From assembly GCA_051599415.1 (NCBI GenBank), contig AP039701.1, positions 62,001 through 126,000 of the forward strand: 64,000 bases of DNA, given 5' to 3'. The DNA comes from Savitreella phatthalungensis. Its lineage: Eukaryota. Made by a program: the position numbers and the translations under genes. Positions 22,260 to 31,574 of this stretch are shown piece by piece. Every line of letters starts with the position of its first letter. Positions within the stretch are counted from its first letter, which is position 1. The notes under the pieces are model-generated. The model was not told where the DNA came from. It saw only the letters and a list, made by a program, of their open reading frames with translations, and did not search any database.

Positions 22260-24017
22260 CTACTGCTTCAGTGCTGGGAAGAGCAGGACCTGTCGGATGG
22301 AAGAGCTGTCGGACAAGAACATGGCAAGTCTGTCGATACCTGCTCCCCAACCGCCCGTCGGCGGGAGACCCCACTCGAGCGCTGTGCAGAAGTTCTCATC
22401 CACGAGTTGAGCCTCGTCGTCACCCTGATCTTTCTGTGCTGCCTGCTCCTCGAAGCGTGCACGCTGATCGAAGGGATCGTTCAACTCTGTGTACGCATTG
22501 CAGATTTCCTTTGTCGCGACAAAGACCTCGAAGCGCTCGCAGATTCCAGGCACGTCGCGGTGCGACTTGGCGAGAGGCGACATCATTTGTGGGTGACCGG
22601 TGATGAAGAGCGGTGAGACACCGAGGGGCTCGATGAACTCGCCGACGAGCTTGTCAAGCAGGCGAGCGGATGTCTGCGGAGGAGAGCAATCGAGCTTCTC
22701 GCGGGCGACAAGATCCCGCAGGAACTTGTTGGCCTCGTCCGTCTGGAGATCCTTAGCGGCCGGAAATTTGACGCCGAGACGCTCCTCGAGGAATGGGATC
22801 ATGTCGACGCGACGCCATGGTCGTGCCCAGTTGATCTCCATCTCCGGTCCCTCTGGTCCTTCCGGATGGTACTTGGTCACATAGCCACCTGTCAGCTCCT
22901 TGACGAGCTCCGAGATCATGAGTTCTGTCATTTCCATCAGATCGTAGACGTCTGCATATGCCTGGTAGAACTCGCAGGTGGTGAATTCTGGGTTGTGGGT
23001 GAGATCGATTCCCTCATTGCGGAACTGACGACCAATTTCGTAGACGCGGTCCATGCCACCAACGACAAGCATCTTCAGGAAGAGCTCTGGCGCAACACGC
23101 ATGAACAAGTCGCGCTTGAGCTCGTTGTGGTGTGTGATGAACGGCTTGGCTGTTGCACCGCCTGCGATCTGGTTCATCATTGGCGTCTCCACCTCAAGGA
23201 AGTCGCGCGCATCGAGGAAGCGCCTGATGTACTGGATGATGCGGGTCCGGGTGATGAAAACATCGCGACTTTGAGGGTTCATGATCAAGTCGAGGTAGCG
23301 CTGACGGTAACGTGTCTCGACGTCCTTCAACGAGCCCTTTGGAAGAAGATGCAATGTCGGTGTCAGTAGGGTGATCTCCTGGCAGAAGACCGAGAGCTCT
23401 CCTCCCTCGCGACCCTTAGGCGACGTAACGCCAGGGTATCCACGCACGCCGACAATGTCACCACGCTTGATGATCTCGTGCATCTGCACAAAGTCCTTGC
23501 CCTCAGCACAGTCCTGAACTTGGCACATGATCTGGATACGCTGGCCGTCAGAGATGATATCGTAAAAGCGCAGCTTGTTGCCTGCCTCACGCTTGTTGTG
23601 GACGCGGCCGGCAACGGTCACGGTCGTGTCCTTGACAAGGTCACCACGAGCGAGGTGGCTGTACTGCTTGACGAAATCGGGTAGCCGTGTTGAGACATGA
23701 AACTTGTGGGGGAATGGGTTGACAGCATCGGGATTTCCCGCAGCATATTCCGAGCGCATCTTGCTCACCCATGCCGACCGGTACTCATGGAACTCCTCTC
23801 CAGTGAACTCTCGCTCCTCAGGGTTGACAGCAGCCTTGACAGCTTCTCTCGGTGGCTTTGCTGCCTGCTTTGCAGCCTTTTCTGCTTGCTTAGCCCTGAG
23901 CTTCTCGCGCTTCTTGAGCTCGGTCTTAGAGACGTGCTCTCCAGTGACTGGATCAATCAAGGTCTTGACTGTTGTGGATTCCATCTGCGCAGTCACTTCC
24001 TGCACCTCGTCAGACAT
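22260..24017 (-). CDS. KRS1: Cytosolic lysyl-tRNA synthetase (class II)
   Basis: 'NPFPHKF', OB-fold, '[10 protein letters not shown]', '[15 protein letters not shown]' and '[15 protein letters not shown]' motifs. Likely start is MSDEVQ at 24017; an upstream in-frame ATG lies at 24146. Confidence 0.97.
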   Translation of the reverse strand: MSDEVQEVTAQMESTTVKTLIDPVTGEHVSKTELKKREKLRAKQAEKAAKQAAKPPREAVKAAVNPEEREFTGEEFHEYRSAWVSKMRSEYAAGNPDAVNPFPHKFHVSTRLPDFVKQYSHLARGDLVKDTTVTVAGRVHNKREAGNKLRFYDIISDGQRIQIMCQVQDCAEGKDFVQMHEIIKRGDIVGVRGYPGVTSPKGREGGELSVFCQEITLLTPTLHLLPKGSLKDVETRYRQRYLDLIMNPQSRDVFITRTRIIQYIRRFLDARDFLEVETPMMNQIAGGATAKPFITHHNELKRDLFMRVAPELFLKMLVVGGMDRVYEIGRQFRNEGIDLTHNPEFTTCEFYQAYADVYDLMEMTELMISELVKELTGGYVTKYHPEGPEGPEMEINWARPWRRVDMIPFLEERLGVKFPAAKDLQTDEANKFLRDLVAREKLDCSPPQTSARLLDKLVGEFIEPLGVSPLFITGHPQMMSPLAKSHRDVPGICERFEVFVATKEICNAYTELNDPFDQRARFEEQAAQKDQGDDEAQLVDENFCTALEWGLPPTGGWGAGIDRLAMFLSDSSSIRQVLLFPALKQ

Positions 24018-24485
24018 CTTTCGATCACCTAGTCTAGCAAGAAGAAGAAGACAGATGAGTAGTTGGATGACGGTGTCCAGGAGAACACAATTGTGACCAG
24101 AGTAACTGTATGTGTCTTTCCAGGAAGTAACTTGCTCATCCTGCATCCATCAGATTTTTTTTCTCTTGTACACTGATCATGTTCTTGGGCGCAAATATGA
24201 GTGCATTGAGTGAACTGCCAACCATAAATTAAATTAATTTATTTGAAAAAGATGCAATGTTCGTGTATCTACTGCCCACACGGTGAGTGATATGGACGTA
24301 TGCACGCAAGTACGTGTGCATGGTCAATGGTACTCTGAGCTGCAGCCCTTTGCTGGTGCTGTGCTCGTAGCATGGTCTAGAGGTCTTCCAATGGACAATA
24401 TGAATAGATTGATCATACATGACTCGTTAAGGAGTTTCAGCTGTGTAGGAGTTGCATTGTGGCCAAAATGGCGGACAATTCCTCC

Positions 24486-25268
24486 TTATCTCCATGATCC
24501 TATGTACTCGCGCATGCGCTGGGCAACCTGTTCAGCTGTGAAGTTCCGGCCGAAAGCATCGACAAACTCACCTTCTGGGTCCATCAGGTAAAAGAAAATG
24601 GAGTGATCCACAAGGTAGTCCTCACCTTCCTTGACCTCCCTTGGCGTACTGAAGTAGACGCGGTAGGCCTTGCATACCTGCTTCACTTCCTCGTAAGTGC
24701 CCGTCAGCCCGAGAATACTGTTATCAAACTCTGCCAGGTATCGCTTCAGGTCTTCAGGAGAGTCGCGATTCGGGTCACAGGTTATGAATACCGGCTTGAC
24801 CACCTCCCTATCCTTGTTGACCTCGGAGAGGATGATAGCCATCTTATCGAGCTCCTCGGGACAAATATCTGGGCAACGAGTGAAGCCAAAGTAGACAAGC
24901 AAGTACTTGCCCTTGAACGTATCCTGCGTGACGCGATTACCGTCATGATCAACCAAGCTGAACGGACCTCCCACTCTTGGTTTGCCTGCGGGCTTGTTGG
25001 CCTCAATCGCTTGCTGGACCTTCACCCGCTTCCTCTCTGAGTTGAAGTACAATCCCAGAAGAATCGCTGTGGCGACAAAAACGGCAGCACTTGTCGCTGA
25101 GAATGGTCCAATCCGAGATCGCTCTTTGTTCTGAGGGGCGTCTTCCCGCAGTACGCGGGAAGTTGTGAGTAATCGAGAGTCAACAGGTGACCGAAAACAT
25201 TGTGGACGAATGAAGCTGCGAGCACTCGATGGCAGCGAGCGTGCCAGACAGCGTCGTATTGGCAGCAT
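24486..25268 (-). CDS. SCO1: Mitochondrial copper chaperone Sco1
   Basis: Mitochondrial-type N-terminus, one TM helix, 'YFGFTRCPDICPEEL' (CxxxC) and 'YLVDHSIFFYLMDPEG'. Confidence 0.96.
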   Translation of the reverse strand: MLPIRRCLARSLPSSARSFIRPQCFRSPVDSRLLTTSRVLREDAPQNKERSRIGPFSATSAAVFVATAILLGLYFNSERKRVKVQQAIEANKPAGKPRVGGPFSLVDHDGNRVTQDTFKGKYLLVYFGFTRCPDICPEELDKMAIILSEVNKDREVVKPVFITCDPNRDSPEDLKRYLAEFDNSILGLTGTYEEVKQVCKAYRVYFSTPREVKEGEDYLVDHSIFFYLMDPEGEFVDAFGRNFTAEQVAQRMREYIGSWR

Positions 25269-25584
25269 TGATATCGATCTCTCTCAACTGAAGGTCTCTT
25301 CGCGGAAAATGTGCTGAAGTCTGTGCTTGGAAGAGCTTAACAATCTCTATGACATAAAATGTGGTCGATTGAAAGAAGTGTGCTCAGGTAACAGGGAACT
25401 CGATAAAATCATATGCACGCACGTGTATGCAGGCTAAGTGACCAGTCTCTCAATGCACAACTGCAGTCAAAGGCAAGATCTTCAGCACTTCCTCAGCATT
25501 TCATCGCTGTCTTGAGCACATAGCGGGAGCTTACAGAGAGCTTTATAGTGGTCTCGTTGCTCATGAGCTGCTGCTGATGGATAT

Positions 25585-28500
25585 ATGTCCATAAATTTAG
25601 GTCTGCAACGCATCACTCGCGTGCTTGAACGCCTAGGTGGACCGCAAAGGCGCTATGACGTGATCCATGTAGCTGGCACAAATGGCAAAGGCTCTGTCTG
25701 TGCTATCATCGCTGCAGCGCTGACAAGCGCTGGCTATCGAGCGGGAAGCTTCAATACGCCGCATCTTGCATATCCGAGAGATTCCGTGCGTGTCAACAAC
25801 GTGCCCATCACCGCTGTATCATTTGCAAAGACACAGCGCCGAGTGGAAGCAAAAGCTAAAAGATCTTTAAACGCAGCAGACGGTGATCTGACTCCATTTG
25901 AAAGTCTTTGTGCTACGGCGTTTGATCTGCTCGCTCAACACAAGGTGGATGTTTCCGTGGTCGAGTGTGGTATGGGCGGCCGGACGGACGCTACCAACGT
26001 CGTTAGTCCTGTGCTATCAGTTATCACTCGTATAGGTCTCGATCATCAGGGCTTCCTCGGAGACACGCTCACGGACATTGCAACCCACAAAGCTGGTATC
26101 ATCAAGTCTGGAGTTCCCGTTGTTGTTGCACAGGCGCAAGACTCGCCAGACGTCTTGAACGTCTTCCGGCAGGAAGCGAATGCAAAATCCGCCGACTTGA
26201 CCATAGCAGACAACACTGCTGCAAAAGACTTCATTCAGCAGAATCAGATCGTTGCTAGGACGGCATTACAAGTGCTTTCGGAGCGCTACCCAAGACTCAC
26301 GCATGATGTCATTGAAGCAGCGTTGCAGACACTTCCACCGGGCCGCTTCGAACAAATGGACTTGTCCAGCTTGGGAGGTCCAGCCACTGCAATAGTTGAT
26401 GGCGCACACAACGCGCAGGCATGGCGAGCGTTATGCGGTCAGCTACCGGCTAATCAGACAAGGGCTTTTGTGGTGGCTCTGACACGTGGTAAAGATGCAA
26501 AGGACATGCTAGAGCTCATCAGACCTGGTGACCATGTTCATGCAGTCGAGTTTGAACCTGTCGAGGGGATGCCCTGGGTGGCCTCGACTCCTGCCACCGA
26601 GATCGTACAATCATTGCAACAAGCTGGTGTGGAGAGCTGCACTGCCCATGGTAAAGATGTTCTCGCAGCCCTAGCTGCATGCAAGCACGAGCATACTGTG
26701 ATATGTGGCAGCTTGTATCTGGTCGGCCAGCTGAACCGGATGCTGGAGGCCAGCGAGGTGAGACTCAAGCTACTGTCTGACATTACGAAGAGTCGTGCTT
26801 ATGAGCCAGCGGCTATCGAGCGTAGTGTGTCTGAGTTCTGGGCTGGTAGCGAAGCGCCAGCCCGCAGAGGACCAACCCGATCGTTCTTGCTGCCGCCGCC
26901 GAACGTCACGGGCTCTTTACATATCGGACATGCGCTAACATTAGCCGTGCAAGATGCATACGCGAGGCACTACGCCGGTCAGGGCGATGTGGTGCAATGG
27001 GCACCAGGTACAGACCATGCAGGAATCGCTACTCAGAGCATCGTCGCCCGGCAACTTGTCAAGCAGGGTCGTGATCCGACCGCCATGACCACCGCAGAGC
27101 TCACAGAGGAAATCTGGCGTTGGTGCGATCAGTACGGCGACCGTATCAATGGACAGATACGACGGCTCGGAACGCGTCTCGACTGGGATCGCGAGTACTT
27201 CACTCTGGATGAAGACCGGTCGGCAGCTGTCAAAGAAGCCATCGGCCGGCTGTGGCAAGACGGCCTAATTTACAGAGCCGAGCGCATGGTCAACTGGTCT
27301 GTCGGGCTAGGAAGCGTAATAAGCGACATAGAAACTGATGCGCGGCCAATCGAAACGCCCGAGAAGGTGGACGGGGTGATCTTTGGGAAGCTGTGGCGGA
27401 TACGCTACACAGCTGTTGATTCCACTCAGGACGTCATCGAAGTCGATACGACCCGGCCTGAAACAGTGTTCGGCGATCGTGCAATCGCTGTACATCCTGA
27501 GGACGAGCGGTGGTCTCACTTGGTTGGTAAACGTGTACATCATCCACTTCTTGACGGCGTGACGCTCCTGATCATCGCAGACAGCTTTGTCGATCGCAAC
27601 TTCGGTACCGGAGCAGTCAAACTAACTCCCGCCCACGACGCTGATGATTACGCAGTGGCAAAACGCCGACACGATGTTCCAATCATTCCAGTCTTCGGCA
27701 AAGACGGCAAGATGCTGGAGAGCTGTGGCGTTCCCACTCTGGCCGGCATCGATAGATTGCAAGCTCGATTGCGGGTTGTCAAATTGCTGCAGCAGGCAGG
27801 TGCTCTTGCGGGCGAGCAGTCTCATCGCATGTCAATCAAGACTTGCAGTCGCTCGGGCAGCGTGGTAGAGCCGATGCTGCTTCCACAATGGTACATCTCC
27901 ATGGAACCATTGGCAAGAAGAGTGCTCGAGCAGGACAGCATTCGCATGTCCGCGCGCACAAAAGAGATATGGCATCAGTGGTTGACCAAATGTCAAGACT
28001 GGTGTATCAGTCGGCAGCTCGTCTGGGGTCACAGAATTCCTCTCTGGCGCCGCGAGGATGATCCAAATACTTGGTTCTTCGCAGAAGACGAGCAAGCAGC
28101 GGTTGCAAAAGCCGGGTCATCCGCCGTGGTCCAAGATGCTGACGTGCTCGATACCTGGTTCAGCGCAGGTCTGCTACCTCTGTCTGCCTACGGATGGCCA
28201 TCATGCCTCGAGAAGTCATCGTACCCACTGACATTCATCGAGAGCGGGCCGGATATCCTATTCTTCTGGCTGGCGCGAATGGCAATGCTCTGTACGCATC
28301 TGTCCCCGGACAACAGCGCGCCATTCCGTGAGATCCTCCTACACCCAATCGTTCGCGATGCACAAGGTCGCAAGATGTCAAAGTCACTCGGCAACGTGAT
28401 AGATCCGCTGGATGTGATCGACGGCGTTTCACTGGAATCAATGAAGGAGGCATTGGCGTCCGGAAATTTGAGCGCCGCCGAAGTCAAGCGCTCGTCTGCC

Positions 28501-29508
28501 GAACTTTCCCGGCAATATCCGGCAGGCATCAAGGCGATGGGTACAGATGCATTGCGATTCGCCCTCGTTCATGCTACAGTGCAAGAACACTATCTCAACC
28601 TCGACATGCGCGCAGTCCAACAAGGTCGATACCTCTGCGGCAAGCTCTGGAATGCCGCTCAATTCTTTTTGACGCACAAAGCTCAGGTGGTAGACACCGA
28701 CGACAAAGAAACCCACACGGCTTTCGATGACCGCTGGATCGGGTCTCGTGTCGTAGACCTGGCTGCCATCGTTGACGAGAGCGTGGAGTCACGCGAGCTG
28801 TGGCGTGCGGCAGAGGCTATTCGGAAATTTGTCGTGGATGACCTGTGCGACGTGTTTGTGGAGCTTGTGAAGCAAGAGGTATTTGTTTCTGGTGTCGCTG
28901 TGGCGTCGAAACTCCGCTTGCTGCGAACGATCCTGCTGCAGACGGTCGCGATCACCCATCCGTTCATGCCATTCGTGACAGAGGCCATCTGGCACCTCCT
29001 CGGCCAGACAGAGTCCCTTGCACATCACGTCCGCGATCGCAATCTCACGCTTCCGTCAGCAGGTTTGCATGATTCGGTCGCCATGGCGGCGATGTTGCAG
29101 ATTGTGCGCGCGATTCGAGAAGAGCGCGACACAAAGGTACACTCGGTGATCTGTAACATTCACGATACTCCGCTGGCGGACAGTATCGCGTCCAAGGCTG
29201 GTGTCCTTCGCGGCCTTTGCAATGTGCAATCGCTCACTGTTGGAAAGTCTTCTGCTTCTGGTGCTGGACTAAGCAAGGTCGTGGCGCCTGGTGTCATTGT
29301 TCACATCACCCGGAGCGCTGATGCTCAGTCAGCGCCTCCTGAGGATGTACAGGTGTCGAAGAGGCGAGAGAAACTGACAATCAAGCTGCAGAAGCTCGAG
29401 GAGCGGGTCGACTCTGCAGATTACCAATCGCGAGTGCCGCAACAAGTCAAAGATAAAGATGCGAAGCAGCTGGCAGAATTGCGAGCATTGCTTCGCCGTG
29501 TAGATTAA
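25585..29508 (+). CDS. FOL3-VAS1: Fusion protein: dihydrofolate synthase (Fol3/FolC) + valyl-tRNA synthetase
   Basis: Single 1307-aa ORF. Residues 1-~385 are FolC-like ('HVAGTNGKGS', 'ECGMGGRTDATN', 'IGLDH', 'KAGIIK', 'PGRFE', 'DGAHN', 'VEGMPWV', 'GSLYLVG'). Residues ~405-1307 are ValRS ('PPPNVTGSLHIGH', 'GTDHAGIATQ', 'TTRPET', 'GTGAVKLTPAHD', 'DWCISRQLVWGH', 'KMSKS', C-terminal coiled-coil arm). Confidence 0.92.
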   Translation: MSINLGLQRITRVLERLGGPQRRYDVIHVAGTNGKGSVCAIIAAALTSAGYRAGSFNTPHLAYPRDSVRVNNVPITAVSFAKTQRRVEAKAKRSLNAADGDLTPFESLCATAFDLLAQHKVDVSVVECGMGGRTDATNVVSPVLSVITRIGLDHQGFLGDTLTDIATHKAGIIKSGVPVVVAQAQDSPDVLNVFRQEANAKSADLTIADNTAAKDFIQQNQIVARTALQVLSERYPRLTHDVIEAALQTLPPGRFEQMDLSSLGGPATAIVDGAHNAQAWRALCGQLPANQTRAFVVALTRGKDAKDMLELIRPGDHVHAVEFEPVEGMPWVASTPATEIVQSLQQAGVESCTAHGKDVLAALAACKHEHTVICGSLYLVGQLNRMLEASEVRLKLLSDITKSRAYEPAAIERSVSEFWAGSEAPARRGPTRSFLLPPPNVTGSLHIGHALTLAVQDAYARHYAGQGDVVQWAPGTDHAGIATQSIVARQLVKQGRDPTAMTTAELTEEIWRWCDQYGDRINGQIRRLGTRLDWDREYFTLDEDRSAAVKEAIGRLWQDGLIYRAERMVNWSVGLGSVISDIETDARPIETPEKVDGVIFGKLWRIRYTAVDSTQDVIEVDTTRPETVFGDRAIAVHPEDERWSHLVGKRVHHPLLDGVTLLIIADSFVDRNFGTGAVKLTPAHDADDYAVAKRRHDVPIIPVFGKDGKMLESCGVPTLAGIDRLQARLRVVKLLQQAGALAGEQSHRMSIKTCSRSGSVVEPMLLPQWYISMEPLARRVLEQDSIRMSARTKEIWHQWLTKCQDWCISRQLVWGHRIPLWRREDDPNTWFFAEDEQAAVAKAGSSAVVQDADVLDTWFSAGLLPLSAYGWPSCLEKSSYPLTFIESGPDILFFWLARMAMLCTHLSPDNSAPFREILLHPIVRDAQGRKMSKSLGNVIDPLDVIDGVSLESMKEALASGNLSAAEVKRSSAELSRQYPAGIKAMGTDALRFALVHATVQEHYLNLDMRAVQQGRYLCGKLWNAAQFFLTHKAQVVDTDDKETHTAFDDRWIGSRVVDLAAIVDESVESRELWRAAEAIRKFVVDDLCDVFVELVKQEVFVSGVAVASKLRLLRTILLQTVAITHPFMPFVTEAIWHLLGQTESLAHHVRDRNLTLPSAGLHDSVAMAAMLQIVRAIREERDTKVHSVICNIHDTPLADSIASKAGVLRGLCNVQSLTVGKSSASGAGLSKVVAPGVIVHITRSADAQSAPPEDVQVSKRREKLTIKLQKLEERVDSADYQSRVPQQVKDKDAKQLAELRALLRRVD

Positions 29509-31148
29509 CGTACAATAGGCCCTTCTTCAGCGGACTGTCTTTTGAGAAGAACGACATCTCCCAGTCGTCTGGGATCATCGTGAAATCTGCTGTTGAACCA
29601 TCGCTTGTATTCGGTGTATCTGGTGCCCTCTGGAGTACCATCCAGCACCGCTTGGAGTGTTGCTTCGAAGGTCGCCACAAATGCTGGCCGTTTTTCCCAC
29701 TCGTCCAAAGCGATGATGACATCCCAGGTCAATCGATCAAGCTCTCTTTCCTTGCCTTCGTCGTCTGGCGTTAGCTGAGTATGCAGACGCGCAGGCTGAC
29801 CGAAGTACGGGGCAGCGTCGTAAAAGCGATCTGCTTCGTCGCGGTACGTGGCGTTGACTGCCAGTGGCTGTGTGAGCGTGTGAGGAGGTTCGCAGGTGAG
29901 GAAGCGAAGGTTGTGAGCGACTGTCGGACCTGCGTGGTGGTGAGCGTGCCACGGCGTCGAATGGCACGGCATCAGGAACAGGGTTCTGCCGACAGAGAAC
30001 TCGGTTGGGTGTTCCCGAATGTACGTCATCAAGTCCATGACGCCGCGCTGGTGTGTGTGCGTGCCAGCTCTTGCCAAGACAATGCTCAGAACGAGCAAAA
30101 TGAGGAATACGCCGCGCGCGAGGACACGCGAGCTGGCGTGTAGCCTTGCTGCGCCAGACGCTGCAAAACCCAGCAAAATGGGCTGCAACGGTTGTACGAA
30201 GCGCGCTTCCTTGTGGGCCAGCAGGGAATATGCGACCAAAGTGGAGGCGATCGTCGCCAAGAATTGGTGGCGATGAGGAGTACCAACGATAGAGCGGGTG
30301 CTGACCAAAACTCCGATGATGAAAATCGGCACGAAGGTCATAAGAAGCATGGGCAGACCCTGTGAGAGGTAGTAGTGCCAGTCGTTTACGCCGTAAAAGC
30401 TCGCCTTGCCGCGCAAGTTGAACGAGAAAAAATTGTACGCAGCCAAGGTTAGCTTACCGTAATAGAAGCTGTCGACGATGAGGTTATACATGACGATAAC
30501 GGCGGCCGCAAGTAATGATTCGAATGCGAACGTGTAGGTGTGGTCTCGGAGCTGGTACAAGGCAGGAACGAGCCAGAACAGGATCGTGGTTGGACGCAAT
30601 AAGGTTCCGAGGCCGATAAAACTGAACGCCTTAATCAAGGAGATGACGTAGCGTCCGAACTCATCGTCCGTCTTGAGCTGCCTATTTGCGTCGAACGGCC
30701 AGTAGTTCAAGGCCATAGCAACCAGCATCGTCTCTAGAGAGTTGGAAAATGTCCGAGGTGAGACATAGTAGTTCCACGGCGATACGACAGTCAGAATGAG
30801 TCCCCACCTACCTGTTGACGGCCATTGCTTTCGGATGAACTTGGCAATGAAGTAATCCGTGGCTGCTGCCTGGAGAGCGCCAATTATCTTCGGCACGAGT
30901 AAGATCGATGAAGGACTATCGAGACCGAGGAGCTTCAGCAAAAGGAAGGGTACAGCAAATATCATCTGATGAGCTGGGCCGCGAATTCCCGTCTGATACT
31001 CCCAGGGAACAAAGCCATACCCGAAGACGAGAGCATGCGCTGGCTCAATTGACTGATAGTGCTCGTCTGGCTGAAAGAAGGTCTCTATTGTCAGACTGTT
31101 CCACAGTCGAAAGACAAGCAATGCCAAGAACAGCTTGCTCTTGAGCAT
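29505..31148 (-). CDS. GPI10: GPI mannosyltransferase 3 (PIG-B)
   Basis: 'TFFQPDEHYQSIEPAH', 'RTFSNSLET', 'WHYYLSQGLP', 'HKEARF', 'LMPCHSTPW', 'FLTCEPP' and 'DEADRFY' motifs. First ATG at 31148. Confidence 0.95.
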   Translation of the reverse strand: MLKSKLFLALLVFRLWNSLTIETFFQPDEHYQSIEPAHALVFGYGFVPWEYQTGIRGPAHQMIFAVPFLLLKLLGLDSPSSILLVPKIIGALQAAATDYFIAKFIRKQWPSTGRWGLILTVVSPWNYYVSPRTFSNSLETMLVAMALNYWPFDANRQLKTDDEFGRYVISLIKAFSFIGLGTLLRPTTILFWLVPALYQLRDHTYTFAFESLLAAAVIVMYNLIVDSFYYGKLTLAAYNFFSFNLRGKASFYGVNDWHYYLSQGLPMLLMTFVPIFIIGVLVSTRSIVGTPHRHQFLATIASTLVAYSLLAHKEARFVQPLQPILLGFAASGAARLHASSRVLARGVFLILLVLSIVLARAGTHTHQRGVMDLMTYIREHPTEFSVGRTLFLMPCHSTPWHAHHHAGPTVAHNLRFLTCEPPHTLTQPLAVNATYRDEADRFYDAAPYFGQPARLHTQLTPDDEGKERELDRLTWDVIIALDEWEKRPAFVATFEATLQAVLDGTPEGTRYTEYKRWFNSRFHDDPRRLGDVVLLKRQSAEEGPIVR

Positions 31149-31574
31149 CTTCACACTCCGGAGGTTACCCTCGTGATATACTGTACAGATTATTGCTACA
31201 ACAAGTTCTCCGGGGACTTGAAGGGCATATCAGACCACCTCTCTGTGTGGTATATACTGTGATGATCGTCTGACGTGCATTCCCGGGAAATGAATGAATG
31301 AAACAGCTGAGAAGTGCTCATTCGCGTTCGTGGTTACGCGCGTTTGTGGAGATAATCAGCAATTGCAGGATATTGAGGAATACATGCACGTGTATGTCAC
31401 TGCAAGAGCACCATCTCTGAGCAGGTCTCAACCACTTTCCCATTCAACAGGATTCCCGAGGACCAGATTCTGTCAAGCAGGCAACACTCAATGTCATCAG
31501 GTAGCGCTTCTTTCAAAAGTCATAAGTCATTGAATAGTAATGTCGAAGGCCACTTGCGACCGCACAGTCGCTCA

